From an uncultured Bacteroidaceae bacterium (GTDB taxonomy: Bacteria; Bacteroidota; Bacteroidia; Bacteroidales; GCA-2748055), in contig CAZLXM010000008.1 of the NCBI GenBank assembly GCA_964563105.1, forward strand, positions 1-63,864: 63,864 nucleotides of DNA. The letters are read 5' to 3'. Positions 41,201-47,827 of this stretch are shown piece by piece. The notes beneath the pieces are model-generated. The model did no database searches and was not told the DNA's origin. It worked only from the letters and a program-made list of their open reading frames with translations. Numbering within the stretch: the first letter of the stretch is position 1; each line of letters opens with the position of its first letter. The translations under genes were made by a program, and so were the position numbers.

Positions 41201-41689
41201 TTTGGTGATATACATGAAAAAACAGGTGCTATATCATCGGAGAATACTTCTGATCATTATGAGCCTGTACATGTTTATGAGCATCCGGGCTGGAAGGATG
41301 TCAGGCTGATAGCATATAATGAAAATTGTAGCGATACAGTACTCAAAGAGCGTGCAATCCTGGTACTCCCAAGAAAAGAATTCATCTTCCCGAATGTTTT
41401 CAAACCAAATCCAAACGGACCAACCGGAGGATATTATGATATGTCTGATCCACATTCAAGAAATAGTGTGTTTTTCCCGGGAGTATCGGATACTGTACTT
41501 GAATTTAATATGGTTATATATAACAGATGGGGAGAACTGGTTTTTGAAAGCAAAGATATTAACCAGGGATGGGATGGATATATCAAAGGTCATATGGCAG
41601 CACAAGGCGTATATGTATGGAAAGTAAAAGGAAAATATTTAAATGGTGAAAACTTTGTATTCGCAGGTAACGTTACCTTGCTTCATTGA
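26234..41689 (+). CDS. 5151-aa surface adhesin-like T9SS cargo: PKD, PKD-like, SprB-like and Ig repeats with a type-B (gliding motility-associated) C-terminal sorting domain
   Basis: Sec signal peptide; many C...C-bracketed beta-sandwich repeats; WDFGDG PKD domains; C-terminal FPNVFKPN...IYNRWGELVF...GWDG...QGVYVW...GNVTLLH; a PorP gene follows. Confidence 0.92.
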   Translation: MDFYINYHKNIQCFIKSIFIFIFFLFFSNFKIFGQCTVLGDPSSGQKISGFCAPVTKQVWYRFDFSSKPPQSSYRVLYFWGDGSPNQNFYPSVQWESLFPGDTTWYVLTEPTHNFPVNGACDFTVNMVLVDGGYQCGDSRQTQEVASWHTDDITLAQGHINIDPLVKEVCEGDSLINFPFIDASIFACNVSIPGLRKPNNQPRHVQFVYNTNPSNNMGIPDLYIDVHGTRVYLTDSNGDPVANSWTVSPLDGSTVPAYSTSSGYFEGPVISTGFDPVGGNQLTFPISFPGTTTTAGDYMELTVRNWNFCNPWNNDQYNPNAGDARTSTARILIIDSPKAPIVSSPLTYCHNNVPDSVSATRNNPANTLNWYADPLKTSFLAPGNSYKHNKTAPGIYKFYVAETSGVNNCEGPSSEIIMVIREPLPQPGVISGPSELCLNATGQTFSVANDPTSMPFGGSTEYIWNVPAGWTITGGQGTKQITVDIGGSSGSNTIYVTRRYTSTPRCNSSPRNFSLTISPLTVGGAVNGGTSRCQGSNSGTLTLSGHTGSIIKWQVSTNNGSSWTDISHTSETYTSPALATPGIYWYRAVVKSGSCSEAYSNHTVVIVDPTSVGGTLGGGTSPICLVSSTGEMKLTGYTGNINRWEWRRNSGGWNNIYISSDTYTHTPAQSGTYEYRVRVRSGSCDNVYSSIVKIIVNPTTVGGSVSGSKTICQGSNSGTLTLSGYVGIILKWQVSNNNGSTWTDIANISDTYTSPNLNTPGIYWYRAQVQSGVCEEKYSNHAVITVSPSTVGGSVSGGSTICQGSTSGLLTLSGHTGNILNWQVSNNNGASWTNIVNTNPTYTSGSLNTPGTYWYRAQVQSPGCIVENSNHTVVVVNPFSTGGSVGDGTSPICIGSSTGNMNLSGYTGLILRWEKRQGGSGPWTNITHTASSYSEVPSSAGIWQYRALVKSGNCPEEYSSARTIIVNPATVGGVVSGGNTPLCYGVSTGTMNLSGETGDVIRWEKRLGTGSWTSISNTTTSYSEVPSSSGTWQYRAVVKNGVCPEQNSTPQTIIVHPRFEAAQLHDDISICDNHSTNFHVDLTGGTSTYTINYNINGTPQTPVTGYINGSNISTGILTTGTYTYTLTSVTDINGCPAESLGTPIVIDVGSTPSSAHITGSGDTCDGEESFIRFSITGGTPPYTVIYEHNGTAQSPISNYTSGTTHSLNILPVGPNNFRILSVKDDCGAPVPLGGLPLSPYLITIHAIPSATSTVNNTPSVCYDGTTDIILQSSVPNTDFSWTVSHAPVVTWISGKAPSDGSRISGNGTSIAQTLAHSGTVPVTVTYTISPKGPGTTACPGPAITRNVIVYPLPKLSSSLTPPAICSGTVFSYTPSSATSGTTFNWSRATIPGISPAGPTNGSGNPNETLTNTTTAPITVVYTYTLTANGCSNVENVSVVVNPSPQLSSSLNPPAICSGTTFSYTPTSATTGTSFIWSRATVPGISPAGPTNGSGNPNETLTNTTTAPITVVYTYTLTANGCNNTQNVSVVVNPIPKLSGSLTPPAICSGTAFKYTPASATSGTTFSWEREVKTGILPASSGSGTGGIDEILTNATTDPISVDYKFTLTANGCTNTETVTVVINPLPKLSGSLTPPAICSGSTFNYSPQSLTSGTTFSWNRASVAGITPAGPTSGTGNPNETLTNTGTGPVTVIYSYTLTANGCTNIEDVELVVNPQPTLSSTLTPPAICSGSNFSYTPASATSGTTFTWSRAAIPGISPSTPASGSGNPNETLTNNTAAPITVTYSYTLSANGCTNTQNVSVIVNPKPSLSSTLNPAAICDGATFNYTPQSATSGTSFFWTRGTITGITPTGPTSGFGNPAEILNNNTSDPISVTYAYSLQANGCSNTQNVQVIINPTPILTSTLTPSPICSGSKFNYSPVSSTSGTTFSWSRAAIPGILPAGAGSGTGDPNEILENTSDSAITVNYIYTLTANSCSNTQTVSVIVYPVPKLSSTLNPTAICSGTTFSYDPSSGTTGTAFNWTRTTVAGITPLGPNYGTDNPNEVLTNTTTAPITVTYRYILTANGCSNTQDVKVVVNPTPTLSSNLNPNPVCSNTPFTYSPTSATTGTVISWYRDEVSGIENGSQTGTGNINEILRNISSIPVGAVYTFNLTANGCNNTQDITVSIKPEPVISDQSVSVCSGENLNHKILLDNFINPADNVTFTWPVPTLSGGISGGTSRDIPSSNNMTDIFLNVSGNPENAIYSVTPFYQGCQGDTKDIFVTIGSQPVLDPDLDKEVCSSLPIELVLGVASGSVNASSYDVLMVSKDPGLVSETGNAVASNGVDENYLFNDIFINETGEDKNVIYRVRPLFGLTCIGNSVDIKVTIKPQPVILSGQTAEICSGGLVNKEIFLLPVNSPAGTKFNWDLPLMSDSSIQGSSGVDVEADPSGKIHINDALTNNDVVPITGTYTIIPVSDFGCYGNPQYLIVNVKPVPEVPVISGRDKICAGEKNIVFEVPFNPGSTYIWTVPASVGTKVLDSNASTIVVNAATSSGAGTISVTETNSYNCTGSPGTLDIEVLLPANPVTPSGKSIVCANESTTYSVPLNPGSVYFWTLPPMAGIIGDQTTNNITVSFGTLGGNISVKEVNQAGCITYHPPLTVVVNPLPTATISNSGTICEEDSHPININFTGTGPWSFIHAINGVAQPEISGASSPYTLMANLPGNYTIESVKDANGCSGPGNGNANVNYFPKPSAIISGSTELCIGETTVITIALTGTAPFNFTYTDGGTPVTISNYHANIYTTAVSPTTTTTYTLVSINDNNGCEGNISGLAEITINPLPALSFNISHLDCNGDNSGAIYLTVTGPPVISYSWQGPDGFTAITKDITGLKAGIYSVSVTNEDGCKATGQVTVTQPSSLNLSTSGDITLLCNGDKTGNGTFTVSGGTAPYIFMPITNSTGGTINPQLAESISFNDAGAGIITMRVTDSNGCTDEKTVIINEPAQLALSAILSKSIEGSHNIDCFGSNTGKITISVGGGLAPYSYSWSTINGSGLITGEASQNSLTAGTYLLTVTDANGCTISDSYTLTQPDPLSVVATTDDGIIGTCTNSEAQLNAIAVGGVVPVSGYIYNWFPSTGLSATNIANPIAKPSSTTTYTVTVSDENGCTSTANVTVNVVADLKPSITASDYTIGNCPGSVATLNVTVSGGEAPYSYLWNNGLTLSDSTISNPVAKPSVTTTYTVTVSDANNCQATADITVIVASDLVVSVDTDDDLIGACPNSKARLSSIVSGGQGPYTYLWDNENFLDDAGKPNPIAKPDSSTLFTLTVTDINGCTASAQVMVNVAPELTAIASSDDYILSTCPASLANLNVLVSGGEAFPDGEFTYSWSPSAGLNYSNVKSPVAKPSFTTTYTVRVTDRNGCTTQSNVTIQVMPPIVISYTTLKYNGGYDLSCNGASNGEIDISVTGGEAPYSYEWNGPHGFSSTLEDIDGLVAGTYIIKVTDANNCQNTASITLIEPAELNLSITPDINLNCHGDSSASGLFTVTGGTSDYIFNVTNNAGADITTDAVSVSFFNASAGYVEVELIDANSCKTSQIINIYQPDELTPGSISGNQEICYLGDPYILDELSAPSGGPSANYNYQWESALNIGGPYTPVIGATNNTYNPPAGITATTHFRRRVISGTCNPAYSDTVTVTVNPLPVASISGSDFICPADDAILIVNITQGTGPYSLVLSDGTTVNNYVSGSSIIVNPVVNASYTISSIVDAKGCSVTAPHANLTGSALITIKVIPEITINPIDQTVCENQTAVFSVDAGMTTNPSYQWFVNRNDGSGPQVLSGETGSSLSFIADRSMNGYRYSVEVSGDCPPSVTSTNAVLIVDNLPEIIAQPQSVNICSGEDAVFTVDPGTTSNAGFAWYVNTGLGWSLAIGSRYQGTFSDTLTVVSVNESMTGYQFRVRVSGSCNPFVDSDEVNLTVTRQAEIISPPANVNVCEDDQAIFSVDAGLTTGPSYIWQIFNGTTWDDIPGETDSQIIIPVVSSAMNGNIYRVIVNSSCGSSINSGSAILSVYEKPEIISQPKDTVVCAGANVSFSINPGVTTGPSYQWKMSADSGLTWNNVPSGGNYMGITSPKLNIYGVDSIMNGYLYKVILSGICTPDIESGSASLTVNTSPKITLHPEDKTVCESAPVIFTAMAVGTSLNWQWQVDMRDGNGFVELYDSAGIYSGSATNQLEIISSDRRMNGYRYRAVTGGICAPPAITNFAVLSIDIAPEIINQPKSDTICEFNGVNFFINALGADLSFKWQESVAGGPFYDLSDGSNYIGTSTASMNIFNVGRSKNENKYRVLITGICGSTEISDTAELIIKTSPVVTIQPSDTTVCQNVQAKFIATAEGSDLQYQWQVSSGGSFSPIIDGSQYSGINSSELTVLDPVPSMNNYRYRVLISGTCVPPVYSQHGTLYILADPYISFQPEPSEICENGNTTFTANVSGDDFTIKWQVDSGPGFVDISDDSNYSGSELFTLNIINAPLSFNNNKYRLKIVNKCNTFYTDDALLIVNPNPSANITGDGSFPIVCGGADLNLNGNPSGGTGPYLYHKWTGAIAPLSSTIDQLTTFNTLLHGNYEITYTVTDSKNCKGSTTVTIENNRPDANFISNAVPSCGFLMVDFTNQSKRASTYVWDFDDGGPQINVENPSHGFDNFDPSGQINYYEVKLAAISDKGCSDTATQIITIYPKVDPVFTINPIEGCDPLVATLTTQPGAYAYEWDFGDGHKQIAGYSVIYEFKNSDTISKTYDVKLTTTSYYGCKASSTMPITINPTPFATFTASPPLQTFPDATVTIINHVAPGPWDYVYHFGDGNSSTEAAPTHTYSDPGTYKITQIVSNGSCVDSTSQSITINPTPPLASFIPPDVGCNPWQVKITNTSLYASSYIWDFGDGGTSTKKDPEYIYLEPGTYVIRLTAMGPGGISTHAETIEIFETPRISFTYAPDTVYEDYKPVKFFNFTIGKTTGYLWDFGDIHEKTGAISSENTSDHYEPVHVYEHPGWKDVRLIAYNENCSDTVLKERAILVLPRKEFIFPNVFKPNPNGPTGGYYDMSDPHSRNSVFFPGVSDTVLEFNMVIYNRWGELVFESKDINQGWDGYIKGHMAAQGVYVWKVKGKYLNGENFVFAGNVTLLH
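27790..29400 (+). repeat. Six ~90-aa intragenic repeats (TVGG...C.G..SG...LSG.TG.I..W...W..I...Y.YRA.V.SG.C); boundaries approximate
   Basis: Visible in the translation. At DNA level ACTCCGGGAATATACTGGTATCG recurs near 27970 and 28508, with a variant near 28778. Confidence 0.8.
30278..32734 (+). repeat. Nine tandem 273-bp (91-aa) PKD-like repeats in exact register
   Basis: Repeat starts checked at 30278, 30551, 30824 and 32462 (all multiples of 273 apart); consensus (V/I)(N/Y)P.P.L...L.P..IC.G..F.Y.P.S...GT...W.R....GI.P......G.G...E.L.N....P..V.Y.Y.L.ANGC. Confidence 0.92.
37550..39840 (+). repeat. Eight Ig-like repeats (QP....C.....F...A......YQW); boundaries approximate
   Basis: Repeat heads INPIDQTVC, AQPQSVNIC, SPPANVNVC, SQPKDTVVC, LHPEDKTVC, NQPKSDTIC, IQPSDTTVC and FQPEPSEIC. 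Confidence 0.8.
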
Positions 41690-41953
41690 TAACAAATATT
41701 ATATGCGAAAAAGCTGTATAAAACAAAAAACCAGCCTGATTTATGTTTAAGTTCTGATTATTAAAAATGTTAACAGGATCAAATTTCAATATGGCAGGGA
41801 GATTATTATTAATTAGGACGACACGTAACCATATATTACAAAATCCGTTTAATTTTAATATGCCGCTTGAAAGGTTTAATATAAGAATTGCAAAAATTTA
41901 TTACAATAGTAGAACAATGATTAATCTGGATCTCAAAAGGGGTTAAAAGTTGA

Positions 41954-42937
41954 ATGATGGTGAAAAAACTGTTTATACCAGTTATATTTATATTTATATG
42001 TAATAATTTATTTGGGCAACAAGATCCACATTTTACGCAATTTTATGCAAATAAATTGTATCTGGCCCCTTCATTTGCCGGAGCTTCCCAGCATGACAGG
42101 ATAACTATGATATACAGGAATCAATGGCCTGCAATTCCCGGTACTTTTGTAACCTATGGCTTATCTTATGATCATTTTTTTGAGAACTTCAATTCAGGGG
42201 TCGGTGTTTTACTTTTGAGGGACCTGGCTGGTTCAGGACGACTTAGCACTACAAATTTAGGTATACAATATTCATATGATTTTCAAATTGTTGAAGGCTG
42301 GCATATGAGACCAGGTATTCACTTCTTTTACACTCAAACAGGTTTGGATTTCGACCGTTTAATATGGAATGATGAATTAACTTCACCCATTCCTAGCACT
42401 ATTGAACCTCCGACACTTGAAAATACTGCAGATGTAGATTTTTCAACTTCCATATTAACATATTCTGACAGATTTTGGTTTGGAATGACAATAGATCATC
42501 TGCTTAAACCTAAGAATTCCCTTTATGAGAGTGGTCAGTTTATTCCCATTAAATTAGCGATTTTCGGAGGTGCACAAATAATTAAAAAAGGAAGATTACT
42601 AAATCCTATAGATGAAACATTATCTGTTACTTTTCTTTTCAAAAATCATTATCAGATTAACCAAATGGATATAGGGCTGTACTGGTATAAGAACCCGCTT
42701 GTCCTGGGAATGTTTTACAGAGGGATCCCCTTTTTAAACAATGAAATCAGAGGAGATGCCATAGCTTTTCTTGCCGGATATAAAATTGAAAATTTCAGTG
42801 TTGGCTATTCATATGATTTTACCATTTCAAAACTACTAAACACTACAGGAGGATCTCATGAAGTCTCTTTAAACTACGAATTCAATGCCACTCGTGTAAA
42901 GAAAAAAAGAAGAATGATCCCCTGCCCTGAATTCTGA
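41954..42937 (+). CDS. PorP/SprF-family type IX secretion membrane protein
   Basis: Motifs QQDPHFTQFY, YRNQWPAI, VGYSYDFTISKL and GGSHEVSL; directly downstream of a type-B CTD gene. Confidence 0.92.
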   Translation: MMVKKLFIPVIFIFICNNLFGQQDPHFTQFYANKLYLAPSFAGASQHDRITMIYRNQWPAIPGTFVTYGLSYDHFFENFNSGVGVLLLRDLAGSGRLSTTNLGIQYSYDFQIVEGWHMRPGIHFFYTQTGLDFDRLIWNDELTSPIPSTIEPPTLENTADVDFSTSILTYSDRFWFGMTIDHLLKPKNSLYESGQFIPIKLAIFGGAQIIKKGRLLNPIDETLSVTFLFKNHYQINQMDIGLYWYKNPLVLGMFYRGIPFLNNEIRGDAIAFLAGYKIENFSVGYSYDFTISKLLNTTGGSHEVSLNYEFNATRVKKKRRMIPCPEF

Positions 42938-43066
42938 AAAAACAAATTATCGAAAAAAATCCTGAATGTAATATTCAATATCATTCATTTAAATCGATAT
43001 CTTATCAATTTAAAAAGAAAAATCCTGAAACTTAATAAAGTTTAGGAAGTTCTTCATTCAAACTAT

Positions 43067-43074
43067 TATATTTG
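43067..43074 (+). promoter_or_regulatory. -7 element (TATATTTG-C) for ompH-GT2
   Basis: Canonical TAnnTTTGC about 135 nt upstream of the ATG at 43209. Confidence 0.6.
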
Positions 43075-43208
43075 CATTTTAATTGTAGACATTCCAGCCT
43101 TAATTTCTTTTGCTGCAATGTTAAAGGTTTATTGAATTAATTCAATAATATTTACTTTTTAAAAATATTTATGTCTTTATGAATCACTGATTATTAAATT
43201 CTATTTTT

Positions 43209-43823
43209 ATGAAAAGGTTAAATATCATTTTTAATATTGTTATTGTAATTGCACTGGCAACTCTGTATGTACTTCATTTTACATCTGGCAGAAAAAACAA
43301 CACAAAATTTGAAGCAGAAGAAATTAGTCATGAAATTTCCGGATCATCCGCCATTGCCTTTATAAATATTGATTCATTGCTTAATCATATGAAAATGTAT
43401 TCAGATATACAAGAAGGCCTTAACAAAAAGCAGCAAAATCTTGAAGCCAATTTTGCTTCCAAATACAGAACATTTGAGCAAAGTGTAAATAAATTTCAGA
43501 ATGAAGTTAATAAGGGGCTTTTAACCAGAAGTGAAATGCAAACCAAAGACCAGCAACTTGCAGACGAAAAACTCAAACTTGAAAACCTTCACAATGAATA
43601 TTTACAGCAAATGCAGGAAGAAGGACTGGTAAGTCATAGAAAAGTTATCGATTATATTATGGAATATTTGAAAGAATATAACCAGAGCAAAAACTTTCAA
43701 TATGTTTTCAGTTACAGTTTTGGCAGCAACCTATTATATGCTAATGAAAACCTTGACATTACTAACGAAATTATTATCGGGCTCAATAATAAATATAATA
43801 CTGAATTAAATCCTAAAAAGTAA
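43209..43823 (+). CDS. OmpH/Skp-family protein with N-terminal membrane anchor
   Basis: Motifs IAFINIDSLL, coiled-coil core and LLYANENLDITNEIIIGLN. Confidence 0.85.
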   Translation: MKRLNIIFNIVIVIALATLYVLHFTSGRKNNTKFEAEEISHEISGSSAIAFINIDSLLNHMKMYSDIQEGLNKKQQNLEANFASKYRTFEQSVNKFQNEVNKGLLTRSEMQTKDQQLADEKLKLENLHNEYLQQMQEEGLVSHRKVIDYIMEYLKEYNQSKNFQYVFSYSFGSNLLYANENLDITNEIIIGLNNKYNTELNPKK

Positions 43824-43838
43824 ACAATCCTCTATTGT

Positions 43839-45104
43839 ATGGGCTTCGCAGACCTTTACATTGCGAAACATTATGAAAATATTGTCAGAGTTTCCGTACC
43901 TCCTGATAAGGATTTGCAAATAATTGTTATAATCCCCGCCTATAATGAACCACATCTGGATATTTGCCTGAATTCTTTATATGAATGTTATCCTTCAAAA
44001 GGAAAAGTAGAAGTGCTAATCCTTATAAACTGGTCAGACAATACGCCTTATCACATTATTCAAAATTCTTTAAAACAATATAGATCTATTCAAACATGGA
44101 TTAATAAACACCTTTCAAACTTTATTTCCTTTCATCTTCTTCTTTATCCGGATATGCCAGCTAAGACTGCAGGTGTTGGACTTGCCCGAAAAACATTAAT
44201 GGATGAGGCAGTTCGCAGATTTAATTTGCTAAACCATTCATCAGGTATAATTGCTTCATTTGATGCAGACACATTATGTGAGAAGAATTATCTGGCAGAA
44301 CTGGAAAAGCATTTTGAAAAACATCCTTCAACTGACGGATGCGTGATCTATTTCGAACATCCTGTTGAAGGCGATGAATTTAACCCTAAGGTATATAAAG
44401 CCATATCATTGTATGAACTACATCTTAGATATTATCTTCAAAGTATAAGGACAACGGGGTTTAGCAATGCTTTTCATACAATTGGGTCATGTTTTGCGGT
44501 AAAAGCATTGCCTTATTGCAAGCAAGGAGGGATGAACAAAAGAAAAGCAGGTGAGGATTTCTATTTTCTTAAGAAGTTTTTTGAACTTGGAAATTTTACG
44601 GAACTTAAAACCACCTGTTTAATCCCTTCACCACGCCCCTCATTAAGAGTACCCTTTGGAACAGGAGTAATTATAAATGGATTTAAAAGTTCCGGAAAAG
44701 AAGACCTTCTCACCTGGAACCCTGTATTATTTGCTATGTTAACAGCTCTTTTCCAAAGGGTTCCTGAATTATATAGAAAGAAAAAAAAAGTTTGTGCAAA
44801 TTACTTATTAAATGAATTAGCTGCCCCTTTACAAGAATTTCTCAAACAAGAGGACTTTAATAATAAACTAATGGAAATTAACAGCAATTCCTCTTCATTC
44901 ATTTCTTTCGAAAAAAGATTTTATCGCTGGTTCAATCTTTTTAAAATTCTTAAATTCCTGAATTTTGGAAAAAAATGGGAGCCGGATATACCTGTTACAA
45001 TTGCAGCATATGAACATTTGAAGAAAAAAGGATTAATTAAAAATACAACTGAAATGACGGCCATACAACTACTGGAAATATTCCGCAGTCTTGAGAAGGT
45101 TTAG
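43839..45104 (+). CDS. Glycosyltransferase family 2-like (GT-A) protein
   Basis: Motifs VIIPAYNE, GVGLARK, DADT (DxD) and RKAGEDFYFL. Confidence 0.8.
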   Translation: MGFADLYIAKHYENIVRVSVPPDKDLQIIVIIPAYNEPHLDICLNSLYECYPSKGKVEVLILINWSDNTPYHIIQNSLKQYRSIQTWINKHLSNFISFHLLLYPDMPAKTAGVGLARKTLMDEAVRRFNLLNHSSGIIASFDADTLCEKNYLAELEKHFEKHPSTDGCVIYFEHPVEGDEFNPKVYKAISLYELHLRYYLQSIRTTGFSNAFHTIGSCFAVKALPYCKQGGMNKRKAGEDFYFLKKFFELGNFTELKTTCLIPSPRPSLRVPFGTGVIINGFKSSGKEDLLTWNPVLFAMLTALFQRVPELYRKKKKVCANYLLNELAAPLQEFLKQEDFNNKLMEINSNSSSFISFEKRFYRWFNLFKILKFLNFGKKWEPDIPVTIAAYEHLKKKGLIKNTTEMTAIQLLEIFRSLEKV

Positions 45105-45116
45105 TTAAAGGTTGTT

Positions 45117-45419
45117 TTATTTCCCTGAAAAAATAAAAATTTCTTCATCATCCCGTTTCATCAGATATTGTTCACGGGCAAATTTTTCCAGACTTTCAGA
45201 ATCTTCCATGAGTTCTGATAATCTGGCAGATTCTTTTATGATCCGTTGCCTGTAATATTCGCAATCGGCCTTTAGTTGACGTGTTTCTTTCAGGAGTTTC
45301 TTCCTTACCAGCAAATTATTATTATCAAAAAAAGTTAGCCAAACAGCAAAAACACACAAAACTAAAAGATATTTATTGCTTAAAAGATAAATAAATATAT
45401 CGGAAATCTTTTTTTGCAT
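45117..45419 (-). CDS. FtsB/DivIC septum formation initiator family protein
   Basis: TM helix with W..FFD.NN, coiled coil and LEKFAREQYLMKRDDEEIF. Confidence 0.85.
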   Translation of the reverse strand: MQKKISDIFIYLLSNKYLLVLCVFAVWLTFFDNNNLLVRKKLLKETRQLKADCEYYRQRIIKESARLSELMEDSESLEKFAREQYLMKRDDEEIFIFSGK

Positions 45420-45510
45420 AAATCTTTTAATGAAATTGAAAATCTAAAATACAAAAAAAACGATCTGATGTTAAAAAAAGAAATTAACAAAACAAGATAA
45501 ATACTATAAA

Positions 45511-47553
45511 TTATAATCTGATTCCAATAACCAAAATATCATCTACCTGATATCCATCTCCTTTCCAATCTTTATGCATCTGATATAAAATTAACTTTTG
45601 GTCTTCAACAGTTTCATTATGTATTTTAAATAACAAATCCTTAAACCTTTTAATCATAAATTTAGTATCATCGGCTCCTCCGAATTGATCAGCATATCCG
45701 TCGGAAAAAAGATAAATCATATCACCTTTTGAAAATGCATATTCATGATTTTTGAATGAAGTCAGTTTTTCGCCAATATATCCGCCAACCGGAGATTTAT
45801 CAGCATCGATTTTAATGAACCTGTTATTGTGAAATATATAAAGAGGATTATAAGCGCCGGCATATTCCAGCATCCGGGTTTTCCTGTCAATACTAACCAG
45901 GCAAATATCCATCCCATCCCTTACAGCACTGCTAACTCTTGTTTGTCTTAGTGTTTTTGTCACTCCCTGGTTCATTGCATTTAGAACGTGGGCTGGTTTA
46001 GTAATACCTTTGATGTTTATTATATAATTCAACTGATTAAAACCAACGATTGACATAAAAGCTCCCGGTACGCCATGACCTGTACAATCAACCGCTGCAA
46101 CCATAATTTTATCTTTGGCTTCCGTAAGCCAGTAAAAATCTCCACTTACGATATCTTTTGGCATATTGAGGATAAAAGAATCAGGGATTAACTCTTTAAC
46201 ATAATCTTCAGGAGGAAGTATAGCCATTTGAATACGACGGGCATAATGAATGCTGTCTTCAATATGCTTTTTCTGTTCTTCAATTTCAAGATAAGCTTCC
46301 TGCAAAGAATTATTTACCTCCGATAAAATATTTCGCTGTTCCTGAATTGCATCCCTGTTACTCTCTATTTCTTCCTTCTGAAGCATAATCTCGGCTGTTC
46401 GGTGCCTGACATTCTCTTCAAGTTCTTCATAATAAATTTCAAGTTGATCAATCATCCTGTTAAACTGTTCAGACAATAATGTAATTTCATTATTTCCATT
46501 AATGTCTGCTCTTTCATTTAAATTTCCATCTGTAATTCTATTTACTTTATCAAGCAGATTTCTTATTGGATCAGTTATAATACGGGTTTTTCGATATAAA
46601 AGAATTATTACGATAAATGTAGCGATACCGAATATTACAAAAAACTTAAATAATTCTTTTCTAAGTAGCGTATTTTCACACGACCTGTCTGAAATTATCC
46701 TTATAACCGATTCAGAATATAGCTTCGTATTCCTTCGTCCTAAATATATGAAATGATAACGTAATTTATGGCCGTTGGTATTTTCGTTAAACATGTATTC
46801 AGACTTATTTTCCAGCACTTTATGAAAAAATGGTACTTGATGAACCGGAATTTCCGCCTCTTTATTTAAAGAAAAAGGATTCTCAGAACCAATGAAAAGA
46901 TCAACAGAAATAATATTTTTATGTTGACTGGAAAGATCATTTATCCGTTTTTTAATTATCTGAATAATATTATCTGCTCTTTTTGAATATTTGCCCAATT
47001 CAATAATAAAATTTCCATCAAGGGTAGGTTGATAACTGAACTTTTTAAATCTTCTGCTGGTATTGTCTATTGTAAATCTTTCATTAACAAAAGTAGCTCT
47101 TTTAAAAATTGATTGTAGCATGTTATAATGTTCTTCTCCAAGATCATACATTTTCAGTCCTATTTTGTTTTCTAAAGTAGCATTCACAATAACCCCCATC
47201 TTGTTTATTATACAAATATCTTCAAAATCGGGATCCATCCCAATCTCTTCTCTAATTACATGTAAATTAATGGTATCTATCCCTTCTGTTGAGCTAAAAT
47301 ATTTATTTACAAGAAGCTCTGAAAGACGTTTCATATGAGCCTGTAAATCGTCCTCTAAAATATCCAGTGCCATATCCTGTATCTCATGTATATAGAGTAT
47401 TTCATCTTTAATAATATCATTTTTCTTCTCATTGGCTTCAATGAGAATACTTCTCGTATGCTGATAATTAAGAACCCCCAGTATAACCAAAGCTATTACA
47501 GCCGGTAATACAATATTTAAAATAAGTTGCCTGAATATCGTTGTTCTTCTCAC
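45511..47553 (-). CDS. Membrane sensor with HAMP domain and SpoIIE/PP2C phosphatase (GTG start)
   Basis: Two TM helices; HAMP; SIHYARRIQ, DIVSGDFYW, DCTGHGVPGAFMS, SDGYADQFGG and QVDDILVIG. Confidence 0.9.
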   Translation of the reverse strand: MRRTTIFRQLILNIVLPAVIALVILGVLNYQHTRSILIEANEKKNDIIKDEILYIHEIQDMALDILEDDLQAHMKRLSELLVNKYFSSTEGIDTINLHVIREEIGMDPDFEDICIINKMGVIVNATLENKIGLKMYDLGEEHYNMLQSIFKRATFVNERFTIDNTSRRFKKFSYQPTLDGNFIIELGKYSKRADNIIQIIKKRINDLSSQHKNIISVDLFIGSENPFSLNKEAEIPVHQVPFFHKVLENKSEYMFNENTNGHKLRYHFIYLGRRNTKLYSESVIRIISDRSCENTLLRKELFKFFVIFGIATFIVIILLYRKTRIITDPIRNLLDKVNRITDGNLNERADINGNNEITLLSEQFNRMIDQLEIYYEELEENVRHRTAEIMLQKEEIESNRDAIQEQRNILSEVNNSLQEAYLEIEEQKKHIEDSIHYARRIQMAILPPEDYVKELIPDSFILNMPKDIVSGDFYWLTEAKDKIMVAAVDCTGHGVPGAFMSIVGFNQLNYIINIKGITKPAHVLNAMNQGVTKTLRQTRVSSAVRDGMDICLVSIDRKTRMLEYAGAYNPLYIFHNNRFIKIDADKSPVGGYIGEKLTSFKNHEYAFSKGDMIYLFSDGYADQFGGADDTKFMIKRFKDLLFKIHNETVEDQKLILYQMHKDWKGDGYQVDDILVIGIRL

Positions 47554-47827
47554 CTGTCCAAGGGTTTTCTTTAATATAATAACTTTCAGAGATATGTCTT
47601 AACGAATCATTCTTTCAAGGGTTACAAAAATTAAAATGTTATAATTATCTTTAGAGACCCGGATAATTTTAAAGTTATTATCACTTTTAATTAATAAAAA
47701 TCCTATCAATAGTATTTTAATTTTATTCATTAAGATATTATATCATTTTCCTATAATACGGTAATAACTGAAAAAATGATTCAAGGAAGGCTGTAATGGT
47801 TCTGAAATAATCTATTAAATCTTACAA

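Noticed and set aside
44775-44792. Poly-A tracts in coding regions (GT2, GT4 and others) as phase-variation sites
   Set aside because: The frames are intact and the runs encode Lys clusters, as expected at this AT content
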